A program made the position numbers and the translations under genes. The notes below the pieces were generated by a model. That model saw nothing but the letters and a program-made list of their open reading frames with translations. It ran no database searches and was not told the DNA's origin. Of a stretch of 25,707 nt of DNA, positions 7,389 through 15,574 are shown in pieces (positions within the stretch are counted from its first letter, which is position 1; each line of letters begins with the position of its first letter). The DNA is from Alphaproteobacteria bacterium. Its GTDB lineage: Bacteria > Pseudomonadota > Alphaproteobacteria > UBA6615. The DNA is taken from assembly GCA_047616465.1 (NCBI GenBank), contig JBLHHE010000001.1, forward strand, positions 1-25,707, given 5' to 3'.

Positions 7389-7472
7389 ACGCGTATCAGT
7401 TTGTTTTCTCCTCCCTGACAGTATGTACATCTAGGCGGCAACGGCAGGCAGCCGTTGCCGCCCTTCTTTTTT
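7389..7472 (+). ncRNA. Candidate anti-SD sRNA (suhB/MmgR-like), possibly 3'-UTR-derived
   Basis: GTTTTCTCCTCCCTGAC (TCTCCTCCC at 7407-7415) is followed by a strong intrinsic terminator, resembling the TTTCCTCCCT core plus terminator layout. Confidence 0.35.
7434..7472 (+). terminator. Rho-independent terminator after nrdB
   Basis: Perfect 12-bp stem GGCGGCAACGGC/GCCGTTGCCGCC, 5-nt loop, followed by CTTCTTTTTT. Confidence 0.85.
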
Positions 7473-7489
7473 CTGCCCGGCGATAAACA

Positions 7490-9256
7490 ATGACCGCCGA
7501 CCAAATTATCATCTTCGCCATCCTCGGCCTCGCCATGGTGTTTTTCCTGTGGGGCCGCTGGCGCTATGACGTGGTGGCGTTCACCGCCCTGATCGCCGCC
7601 GTGGTCGCCGGCGTGGTGCCGTCGGCCGACGCCTTCGCCGGCTTCGGCCACCCGGCGGTAGTCACCGTGGCCACCGTCCTGGTGATCAGTCGCGCCCTGC
7701 AAGCCTCGGGCATCATCGACCATCTTGCCGACATTCTGATCCGCGCCGCGCACAGCGAAACCACCCAGATCGGCACCTTGTCCGGGCTCGGCGCCATCTT
7801 GTCGGCGTTCATGAACAATGTCGGCGCGCTGGCCCTGCTGATGCCCCTGGCGCTGCGGCTCGGCGGAAAGCCGGCGGCGCTGTTGATGCCGTTGTCGTTC
7901 GGCTCGATCCTCGGCGGTCTGATAACGCTGATCGGCACGCCGCCCAATATCATCATCGCCACCTACCGCGCCGACGTCACCGGCGAGCCTTTCGGCTTGT
8001 TCGACTTCGCCCCGGTCGGCGCGCCGGTTGCCGTCATCGGCCTGCTCTTCGTCGTCACCATCGGCTGGCGGTTGATCCCGCGCGACCGCGAGGGCCGTAA
8101 ATCGGCCGCCGACCTTTTCGAAGTGCGCGACTACATCGCCGAGGCCCGCGTCCCCGAAGACTCCGAGCTGATCGGCCAGTCGGTCGCCCAATTGGAACAT
8201 CGCAGCGACGACCGCTCGATCGTCGTCGGTTTGATCCGCGGCGACACCCGCATGCTGCACCATCTGCGCGAGCGTGTTCTGCGGGCCGACGACCGGCTGC
8301 TGATCCGAACCGACCCGGAAGTCCTCGACAAGCTGGTTACCGGTAATGGCCTGGTATTGGCAAGCGAACCGGAACTGAGCGATGAAAATCTGCGCTCCGA
8401 CGAAGTCGGCCTGATCGAAGCTGTGGTGGTGCCGGGCGCGCGCATCGAGGGGCGCTCGGCGCAAATGCTCCATCTGCGCCGCCGCCACGGCGCCGCTCTA
8501 ATCGCGCTGGCGCGGCAAGGTCAGCCGGTGCGCGAACGCCTGGCGACGGTACGTTTTCAGGCCGGCGACGTGTTGATGCTGCAAGGCGAGGCCGAAGCGC
8601 TACACGACATCGTCGCCACCTTAGGCTGTCTCCCCCTGGCCGAGCGCGGTCTGTCGCTGGGCCGGCCGCGCCAGTTGTGGTTGCCGATCGCCATCTTCGC
8701 CGCGGCGATAGCGGCCACCGCCTTAAATCTGGCGCCGGTGCATATTTCATTTTCCGCCGCGGTGATCGCCCTCATCCTGACCAACCGGGTCACGCCGCGC
8801 GAGGCCTATGAGACCATCGACTGGTCGGTCATCATTCTGCTCGGCGCCATGATCCCGCTCGGCGGCGCGCTACAGTCGACCGGCGGCACCGGGCTGATCG
8901 CCGGCGCTATCTCCGGCCTGGCCGGGGCGGTGCCGGCCTTCGTCGTTGTCGCGGTCTTGTTGATCGTCACCATGACCCTGTCGGATTTGATGAACAACGC
9001 GGCAACGGCCATCGTCATGGCGCCCATCGGCGTGGCCATCGCCCAGCAATTACAGGTCAGTGCCGATCCGTTCCTGATGGCGACGGCGATCGGCGCCTCG
9101 TGCGCTTTCCTCACGCCGATCGGCCACCAGAACAACGTGCTGGTGATGGGCCCCGGCGGCTACAAGTTCGGCGACTATTGGCGCATGGGCCTGCCGCTGG
9201 AAATTCTGATCGTGATCGTCTCAGTGCCGCTGATACTGGTGTTCTGGCCGCTTTAG
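7490..9256 (+). CDS. SLC13/CitMHS-type permease with two TrkA-C domains
   Basis: LSAFMNNVGALA, LIGTPPNII, two central soluble RCK_C-like repeats, SDLMNNAATA, FLTPIGHQNNVLVMGPGGYKFGDYWRMG. Confidence 0.92.
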   Translation: MTADQIIIFAILGLAMVFFLWGRWRYDVVAFTALIAAVVAGVVPSADAFAGFGHPAVVTVATVLVISRALQASGIIDHLADILIRAAHSETTQIGTLSGLGAILSAFMNNVGALALLMPLALRLGGKPAALLMPLSFGSILGGLITLIGTPPNIIIATYRADVTGEPFGLFDFAPVGAPVAVIGLLFVVTIGWRLIPRDREGRKSAADLFEVRDYIAEARVPEDSELIGQSVAQLEHRSDDRSIVVGLIRGDTRMLHHLRERVLRADDRLLIRTDPEVLDKLVTGNGLVLASEPELSDENLRSDEVGLIEAVVVPGARIEGRSAQMLHLRRRHGAALIALARQGQPVRERLATVRFQAGDVLMLQGEAEALHDIVATLGCLPLAERGLSLGRPRQLWLPIAIFAAAIAATALNLAPVHISFSAAVIALILTNRVTPREAYETIDWSVIILLGAMIPLGGALQSTGGTGLIAGAISGLAGAVPAFVVVAVLLIVTMTLSDLMNNAATAIVMAPIGVAIAQQLQVSADPFLMATAIGASCAFLTPIGHQNNVLVMGPGGYKFGDYWRMGLPLEILIVIVSVPLILVFWPL

Positions 9257-9270
9257 ACCGGCGCGCGCCG

Positions 9271-9375
9271 ATCCTTCGAGACGGGACCTGCGGTCCCTCC
9301 TCAGGATGAGGTATAATTTACCGCAAATACAGCCTCATGCTGAGGAGGCGCGTAGCGCCGTCTCGAAGCATGGAG
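9271..9375. repeat. REP-doublet / REPIN-like intergenic palindromic element, copy 1
   Basis: Two inverted units of CCTCATSCTGAGGAG-[hairpin]-CGTCTCGAAGSAT (9271-9311 and 9333-9371) around a 21-nt AT-rich spacer, between convergent genes. A homologous element is at 21667. Confidence 0.85.
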
Positions 9376-9388
9376 CCTGCAAAATTCC

Positions 9389-9739
9389 CTAAATCGCCTC
9401 TTCCAGCTCGCGCTGTTGCGCCGGCTTGAAACCGACGATCAGGCCGTTATCGATTTCGATCACCGGGCGCTTAATCAGCGTCGGGTTCTCGGCCATCAGG
9501 GCAAGCGCTGTATCTTCGGTGACGTTTTCGCGGATCACCTCGGGTAAACCACGCCAGGTCGTGCTGCCGCGGTTCATCAGGGTCTCCCAACCCACCTCCA
9601 TCGCCCACAGGGTCAACCGTTCCAGATCGACGCCATCGGCGCGGACATCCAGAAACCGGTGGGGAACGGCACGGCGTTCCAGCCACTTCAAGGATTTTTT
9701 CGTGGTATCGCAGGTCTTGAGACCGTACACCGTCAGCAT
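9389..9739 (-). CDS. ArsC/Spx/MgsR family, YffB-like protein
   Basis: MLTVYGLKTCDTTKK, LMNRGSTTWR, NPTLIKRPVI, VGF. Start at ATG 9739. Confidence 0.88.
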   Translation of the reverse strand: MLTVYGLKTCDTTKKSLKWLERRAVPHRFLDVRADGVDLERLTLWAMEVGWETLMNRGSTTWRGLPEVIRENVTEDTALALMAENPTLIKRPVIEIDNGLIVGFKPAQQRELEEAI

Positions 9740-9944
9740 CGGGCCGGTTCCGTCAAATTGCTTCGTCACCTGTCATCGACATGTGCGCTTTCAACCTTGC
9801 TTATAGCCTGCGGATCGAGTTGCGGCGATAAAAGAATCTGATCATTGAGGGTGTTACAAGACTAGAGCGGTGGCGTCAGTTCGCCTATCATTGCCGCGCC
9901 TTCCGAGAACATATTTTCAGCACTGTGAACTATGGAGTAGCCAA

Positions 9945-12281
9945 ATGGGTCAATTCGGCATTGGACAAGCTGTCACGCGCATCGAAGATCATCGCCTGCT
10001 GACCGGCGCTGGCCGTTATAACGACGACATCAATCTCGAGGGGCAGACCTACGCCTTCATCCTGCGCTCGCCCTATGCCCACGCTGAAATCGCCGGTATC
10101 GATACCAGCGCCGCTTTGGCCGCCGAGGGTGTCTTGCTGGTGTTAACGGGCGACGATGTGGCGGCCGAGGGTTTCGATCCGATGCCGTGCATGGCGCCGG
10201 TCAAAAACATCGACGGCAGTCCCCGCGGCGACACCTACCGGCCCATCATCGCCCAGGGCCGGGTACGCCATGTTGGCGAGCCCGTGGCCGCGATCATTGC
10301 CGAGACTCTGCACCAGGCGCGCGACGCCGCCGAGCTGATTGAGGTCGATTACAAAGAACTGCCCTCGACCACCGACACCTACCGCTCGGCGCTCGACGGC
10401 GCGCCACAAATCTACGACGATATGCCCAACAATATTTGTTTCGACTGGGGCAAGGGCGACCACGATAAGACCGAAGCGGCGTTTGCCAAAGCGGCGCGGG
10501 TGACGACCCTGGAGCTGATCAACAACCGGGTCGTCGTCAATTCGATGGAACCGCGCGGCGCGATCGGCGACCACGATACGGCAACCGGCCGCTCGACCCT
10601 CTACAGCTCGTCGCAAGGCACCCACGGCCTGCGCAATACCATCGGCGACACGATCTTGAAGATCGGCAAGGAGAATTTGCGGGTCGTCACCGGCGATGTC
10701 GGCGGCGGCTTCGGCATGAAGATTTTCCCCCACCCGGAACAGCCCATCGTGGTCTGGGCCGCGCGCAAGCTAGAGCGGCCGGTGAAATGGAACGCCGACC
10801 GCAGCGAGGGCTTCATGTCCGACATTCAAGGCCGCGACCATGTCACCCGCGCCGAAATGGCGATGGACGCGGACGGTAATTTTCTCGGCCTGCGGGTCAC
10901 CACTTACGCCAGTCTGGGCGCCTATCTGTCCCATTTCGGCAGCTTCATTCCCACCGAAGCCGGCACCGGGATGCTGAACGGCCTCTACGCCATTCCAACC
11001 ATCTGGGCCAACGTCAAAGGCGTACTGACCAACACGGTGCCGACCGATGCCTATCGCGGCGCCGGCCGCCCCGAGGCGATCTACTGCATCGAGCGGCTGG
11101 TCGATAAATGCGCCCGCGAGCTGGGCGTTACGCCCGACGAAATTCGCCGGCGCAATTTCGTCAAAACCGCGCAACTGCCCTACACGACCCCGCTCGGCGA
11201 CGTCTTCGATAGCGGCGAGTTTACCGAGATTATGGAGGCCGGTATGAAGCGCGCCGATTGGGCCGGCGTCGCCGGACGGCGCGCCGAAAGCGCCCAGCGC
11301 GGCAAGCTGCATGGTGTCGGCATGGCGACTTATGTCGAGAAATGCGGCGGCGGCGGCGCCGAGGTCGCCGACGTCAAATTCGATACCGACAACGACCATA
11401 TCACCATCTATATCGGCACCGTCACCAACGGCCAGGGCCATGACACGGCGTACAAACAGATCATGTCGGACCGGCTCGGCGTCGACACCGACAATATCAC
11501 TCTTGTCCAAGGCGACAGCGACATCGTCCCCCCGGGTATGACCGGGGGCTCGCGTTCGGTCACCGTCGGCGGCGTGGCGGTTTCGAAAGCATCGGAAGAG
11601 ATTATCAACAAGGGACGCCGGATCGCCGCCCACGTCATGGAAACGGCGGAGGCCGATATCGACTATGCCGACGCCACGTTCCGCGTCACCGGCACCGACC
11701 GCACGATGTCATTGTTCGATGTCGCCCGGGCCGCGCAGGAAGCGGGCAACCTGCCCGAGGGCGCCGAACCGGGGCTCGACGAGGCCTACAGCCACACGCC
11801 CGATGCCGCGACCTATCCCAACGGGTGCCATATCTGCGAAGTCGAGATCGATCCCGACACCGGTATTCTCGAGATCGTGCGCTATACCGTCATGGACGAT
11901 TTCGGCGATGTGATTAATCCGTTTCTGATCGAAGGCCAGGTGCATGGCGGCATCGTCCAGGGCATCGGTCAGGCCCTACAAGAACACACCGTCTACGACG
12001 ATAATTCGGGCCAGCTCGTCACCGCATCGTTCATGGACTACACCCTGCCGCGGGCGGGCGATTTTCCGTATTTCGATTTCAACATGCGCAATGTGAAGTG
12101 CGTAACTAATCCGCTGGGCATCAAGGGATCGGGCGAAGCGGGCGCGATCGGCGCACCGCCGTCGGTGATCAATGCCATCATCAATGCCATGGCCGCGGGG
12201 GGCGGATCGACGGAAGTCGATATGCCGGCGACCCCAGACGTGATTTGGGCGGCTGCTAACCAGCCTCTCGCCGCCGAGTAA
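9945..12281 (+). CDS. Xanthine dehydrogenase family molybdopterin-binding large subunit (CoxL form II-like)
   Basis: GQAVTRIEDHRLLTGAGRY, MEPRG, DVGGGFGMK, active-site loop AYRGAGRPEA, NGQGHDT, GQVHGGIVQGIGQAL, KGSGEAG. ATG 9945 follows GGAG. Confidence 0.93.
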   Translation: MGQFGIGQAVTRIEDHRLLTGAGRYNDDINLEGQTYAFILRSPYAHAEIAGIDTSAALAAEGVLLVLTGDDVAAEGFDPMPCMAPVKNIDGSPRGDTYRPIIAQGRVRHVGEPVAAIIAETLHQARDAAELIEVDYKELPSTTDTYRSALDGAPQIYDDMPNNICFDWGKGDHDKTEAAFAKAARVTTLELINNRVVVNSMEPRGAIGDHDTATGRSTLYSSSQGTHGLRNTIGDTILKIGKENLRVVTGDVGGGFGMKIFPHPEQPIVVWAARKLERPVKWNADRSEGFMSDIQGRDHVTRAEMAMDADGNFLGLRVTTYASLGAYLSHFGSFIPTEAGTGMLNGLYAIPTIWANVKGVLTNTVPTDAYRGAGRPEAIYCIERLVDKCARELGVTPDEIRRRNFVKTAQLPYTTPLGDVFDSGEFTEIMEAGMKRADWAGVAGRRAESAQRGKLHGVGMATYVEKCGGGGAEVADVKFDTDNDHITIYIGTVTNGQGHDTAYKQIMSDRLGVDTDNITLVQGDSDIVPPGMTGGSRSVTVGGVAVSKASEEIINKGRRIAAHVMETAEADIDYADATFRVTGTDRTMSLFDVARAAQEAGNLPEGAEPGLDEAYSHTPDAATYPNGCHICEVEIDPDTGILEIVRYTVMDDFGDVINPFLIEGQVHGGIVQGIGQALQEHTVYDDNSGQLVTASFMDYTLPRAGDFPYFDFNMRNVKCVTNPLGIKGSGEAGAIGAPPSVINAIINAMAAGGGSTEVDMPATPDVIWAAANQPLAAE

Positions 12282-12314
12282 AGCAACGCGGGCGCCGGCC
12301 CGCCAGGAGGTTTC

Positions 12315-13094
12315 GTGTCCAACGAATTTGCGCCGCTGCTGCCGGCGGTGTGCGATATCGCCCGCCAGGCCGGCGCGGCGATCATGACCGTCTACGCCAC
12401 CGATTTTTCGTCCGAACGAAAGGCTGACGGCTCGCCGGTAACTGAAGCCGACACGGCGGCGGAAGCCATTATATTGCCCGCCTTGCGCGCGCTCACGCCG
12501 GATATTCCGATCGTGTCGGAAGAGCATATGGCCGAGGGTGTGGCGCCGAATATTTCCGGCGGCAGTTTTTGGCTGGTCGATCCCCTGGACGGCACCCGCG
12601 AATTTTTAAAGCGCAACGATGAGTTCACCGTGAATATCGGCCTGATCATCGATCTCGAACCGGTATTCGGCGTCCTCTACGCCCCGGCGCTGGATACGAT
12701 ATTTTTTGGCGCCGGCGCAGGCACGGCGATGCGCGCCAAGGGTCGCGACGCGGCGCAGCCGATTAGCTGCCGGGATATTTCTCCCAGCGGTATCGACGTT
12801 CTGGTCAGCCGCTCCCATAGCCGCAACGAGCGCCTCGACGATTACCTGTCCGACAAAAACGTTCGCGAGCGCCTGCCCTGCGGCAGCGCCTTGAAATTCG
12901 GCGTGTTGGCGGCGGGCGAAGCCGACCTGTATCCGCGCTTCGGGCCGACCTGCGAATGGGACACCGCGGCCGGGCACGCCATTGTCCGGGCCGCGGGCGG
13001 CGACATCGAGATGTTCGACGGTCAGCTCTTCGTCTATGGCAAAGTTGAGAAGAAATTTCTCAATCCGGGCTTTGTCGCCTTTGGGCGGCGATAA
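12315..13094 (+). CDS. cysQ: 3'(2'),5'-bisphosphate nucleotidase
   Basis: SPVTEAD, VSEE, LVDPLDGTREF, VSRSH, GSALKF, EWDTAAGHAI. GTG start follows AGGAGG. Confidence 0.93.
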   Translation: MSNEFAPLLPAVCDIARQAGAAIMTVYATDFSSERKADGSPVTEADTAAEAIILPALRALTPDIPIVSEEHMAEGVAPNISGGSFWLVDPLDGTREFLKRNDEFTVNIGLIIDLEPVFGVLYAPALDTIFFGAGAGTAMRAKGRDAAQPISCRDISPSGIDVLVSRSHSRNERLDDYLSDKNVRERLPCGSALKFGVLAAGEADLYPRFGPTCEWDTAAGHAIVRAAGGDIEMFDGQLFVYGKVEKKFLNPGFVAFGRR

Positions 13095-13102
13095 TTACCG
13101 AC

Positions 13103-14050
13103 ATGAAACAGGCAAACGCAGCGACGATGGGTGAAGCTGCGGCGATCCTGGCCCGTGGCGGCCTGGTCGCCTTTCCCACCGAGACGGTCTATGGGCTGGG
13201 GGCCGATGCCCGCAACGACCAGGCGGTGGCGCGCATTTTCGCGGCTAAAAATCGCCCCCAATTCAATCCTCTGATCGTCCATGTGCGCGATAGCGACATG
13301 GCAGCCGCTTACGCACAATTCGACGACCGGGCCCGCGCCCTGGCCGCCCGCTATTGGCCCGGCCCGTTAACGCTGGTGCTACCGCGCCGCGCCGATTGCG
13401 GTCTCTCGCTACTGGTCAGCGCCGGCCTCGACACCGTCGCCCTGCGGGTGCCGGCGCACCCTGCCGCACAATCGTTGTTAGCCGCCTTCGACGGGCCGAT
13501 TGCCGCGCCCAGCGCCAACGCGTCGGGGGCGGTGAGCCCAACCCGCGCCGCGCATGTAGCGCAATCGCTCGGCGACAAAGTAGACCTCATCATCGATGAC
13601 GGCCCCTGCGCCATCGGCCTGGAATCAACCGTCGTCGATGTGAGCGGCGAGGCCTTGTGCGTGCTGCGCCATGGCGCGGTGACGCTGGAAGGTTTAAGCG
13701 CAGACTTCAGTCCCGTCGCCGACGCAACCGGAGACGCGTCGGGGACGGTAAAATCGCCCGGCATGCTGGCCCGCCACTACGCCACCACCCAACCCCTGCG
13801 CCTCAATGCCGTCTCGGCCGCCCCTGACGAGGCGTTTCTGGCGTTCGGCGAACCCGCGCCAACGGGCGCCGCCATCACTGAAAATCTCAGCCCGTCGGGC
13901 GATCTAACCGAAGCGGCAGCCAATCTTTTCGCCCTGCTCAGAGCGCTCGATATGCCCAAATATAAGGCGATCGCGGTGGCTGCCATCCCCGACCAGGGTC
14001 TTGGCCGGGCGATAAACGACCGCCTGCGCCGCGCCGCCACGCCGGCCTGA
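13103..14050 (+). CDS. sua5: L-threonylcarbamoyladenylate synthase, Sua5 type (with C-terminal SUA5 domain)
   Basis: VAFPTETVYGLGADA, KNRPQFNPLIVH, AAPSAN, IGLESTVVD, SPGMLARHYA, AINDRLRRAA. Confidence 0.95.
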   Translation: MKQANAATMGEAAAILARGGLVAFPTETVYGLGADARNDQAVARIFAAKNRPQFNPLIVHVRDSDMAAAYAQFDDRARALAARYWPGPLTLVLPRRADCGLSLLVSAGLDTVALRVPAHPAAQSLLAAFDGPIAAPSANASGAVSPTRAAHVAQSLGDKVDLIIDDGPCAIGLESTVVDVSGEALCVLRHGAVTLEGLSADFSPVADATGDASGTVKSPGMLARHYATTQPLRLNAVSAAPDEAFLAFGEPAPTGAAITENLSPSGDLTEAAANLFALLRALDMPKYKAIAVAAIPDQGLGRAINDRLRRAATPA

Positions 14051-14073
14051 TTTCGCAACCCCTGGCGCCACGC

Positions 14074-14102
14074 TTGCCGGGGAATTACGGAAGGATTACA
14101 TC
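14074..14102 (+). promoter_or_regulatory. Putative sigma70 promoter for a leaderless FAD oxidoreductase mRNA
   Basis: TTGCCG-N17-TACATC-N7-ATG(14110). Confidence 0.35.
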
Positions 14103-14109
14103 TTGGCCT

Positions 14110-15543
14110 ATGAGTATTGTCGCCAAAGAAATCTTGCCGCCGCTCCCTGACGGTTTTCTCGATAAACTCGCCGATATTGTCGGCGCGGCGGGCCTCATCA
14201 CCAATCCCGCGGACATGGCGCCCTATCTCGAGGAAACCCGCGGCCTGTATGAAGGCGCGAGCCCGGCCATCGTCCGGCCCGCCAGCACGCAAGAGGTCGC
14301 GCAAGTGGTGCGCGCCTGCGCCGGGGCCAATGTGGCGATCGTCCCCCAGGGCGGCAATACCGGCCTGTGCGGCGGCGGGGTGGCCAGCGGCGAAGTGATC
14401 GTCAACCTGGCGCGGATGAATAAAATACGCGCCGTCGATCCCTTCAATTACACCATGACCGTCGATGCGGGTTGTATTCTGGCAGACCTCCAGCGCATCG
14501 CCGAAGACAATGACCGGCTTTTCCCCCTCAGCCTGGGCGCCGAGGGATCGTGCCAGATCGGAGGCAATCTCTCGACCAACGCCGGCGGCACGGCGGTGCT
14601 GCGCTACGGCAATACCCGCGAGCTCACTTTGGGCCTCGAAACGGTGCTGCCGGACGGGCGCATCTGGGACGGTCTGACGGCCCTGCGCAAGGACAATACC
14701 GGCTACGATCTGAAGCAGCTTTTTATCGGCGCGGAAGGCACGTTGGGCATCATCACCGGGGCGGTCATGAAACTGTTCCCACTGCCGCGCGAACGCCATA
14801 CCGCGTTCGTCGCGCTGCGCGATGTCGAGGCGATTCTCGAATTACTCAGCCGTGCCCGCACGGCCAGCGCCGACACGGTATCGACGTTCGAGCTGATCCC
14901 GCGCATCGGTCTCGACCTGTCGCTCAAGCACATGCCCGAGACCGTCGATCCCCTGGCTGAACCTCACGAATGGTACGCGCTGATCGAATTCGAAAGCGGC
15001 GCCGCCGGCGGCGGACTGGGCGCGGCGATGGAGGGTTTTCTGGCCACCGCGCTGGAAGACGGTCTGGTGATCGACGCGGCGATTGCCCAATCGGGAGCAC
15101 AGCGCCAACAGATGTGGTTCATCCGCGAGGCCATGGTGCTGGCCCAGGGGCCCGAAGGCGCCAGCATCAAGAACGATATCTCGGTGCCTATATCCCAGGT
15201 GCCGGAATTTATCCGCCGGGCCGACGCCGCGGTCACCGCGCGCTGCCCCGGCGTTCGCACGGTCGCGTTCGGCCATATCGGCGACGGTAACGTGCACTAT
15301 AATTTACAGCAGCCGGTCGGTGCCGATAACGCCGCGTTCCTGGCCCGCTGGGACGAGCTGACCGAGCCGGTGATCGACATCGTCCGCGACTTGGGCGGCA
15401 GTTTCAGCGCCGAGCATGGTATCGGCTTGCTCAAGGTCCGCGAAATGGCGGACTATAAATCGCCGGTTGAAATGGAGCTGATGCGCACCGTAAAAAACGC
15501 GCTCGATCCCAAGGGTTTGATGAACCCCGGCAAAGTCCTGTGA
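14110..15543 (+). CDS. FAD-binding oxidoreductase (D-2-hydroxyglutarate / D-lactate dehydrogenase-like)
   Basis: VPQGGNTGLCGG, SLGAEGSCQIGGNLSTNAGG, KDNTGYDL, IGAEGTLGIIT, KNDISVP, GHIGDGNVHYN, SFSAEHGIG, LDPKGLMNPGKVL. Confidence 0.9.
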   Translation: MSIVAKEILPPLPDGFLDKLADIVGAAGLITNPADMAPYLEETRGLYEGASPAIVRPASTQEVAQVVRACAGANVAIVPQGGNTGLCGGGVASGEVIVNLARMNKIRAVDPFNYTMTVDAGCILADLQRIAEDNDRLFPLSLGAEGSCQIGGNLSTNAGGTAVLRYGNTRELTLGLETVLPDGRIWDGLTALRKDNTGYDLKQLFIGAEGTLGIITGAVMKLFPLPRERHTAFVALRDVEAILELLSRARTASADTVSTFELIPRIGLDLSLKHMPETVDPLAEPHEWYALIEFESGAAGGGLGAAMEGFLATALEDGLVIDAAIAQSGAQRQQMWFIREAMVLAQGPEGASIKNDISVPISQVPEFIRRADAAVTARCPGVRTVAFGHIGDGNVHYNLQQPVGADNAAFLARWDELTEPVIDIVRDLGGSFSAEHGIGLLKVREMADYKSPVEMELMRTVKNALDPKGLMNPGKVL

Positions 15544-15574
15544 ACGCCATTACCTTCTTGGATGAGAACCGCCA

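Noticed and set aside
11033-11075. Form I aerobic CO dehydrogenase
   Set aside because: The loop is AYRGAGR, not AYXCSFR, and there are no cox accessory genes.
13090-13105. Leaderless promoter for sua5 (GATAAT-N7-ATG)
   Set aside because: No correctly spaced -35, and it overlaps the cysQ stop codon. Translational coupling explains it equally well.
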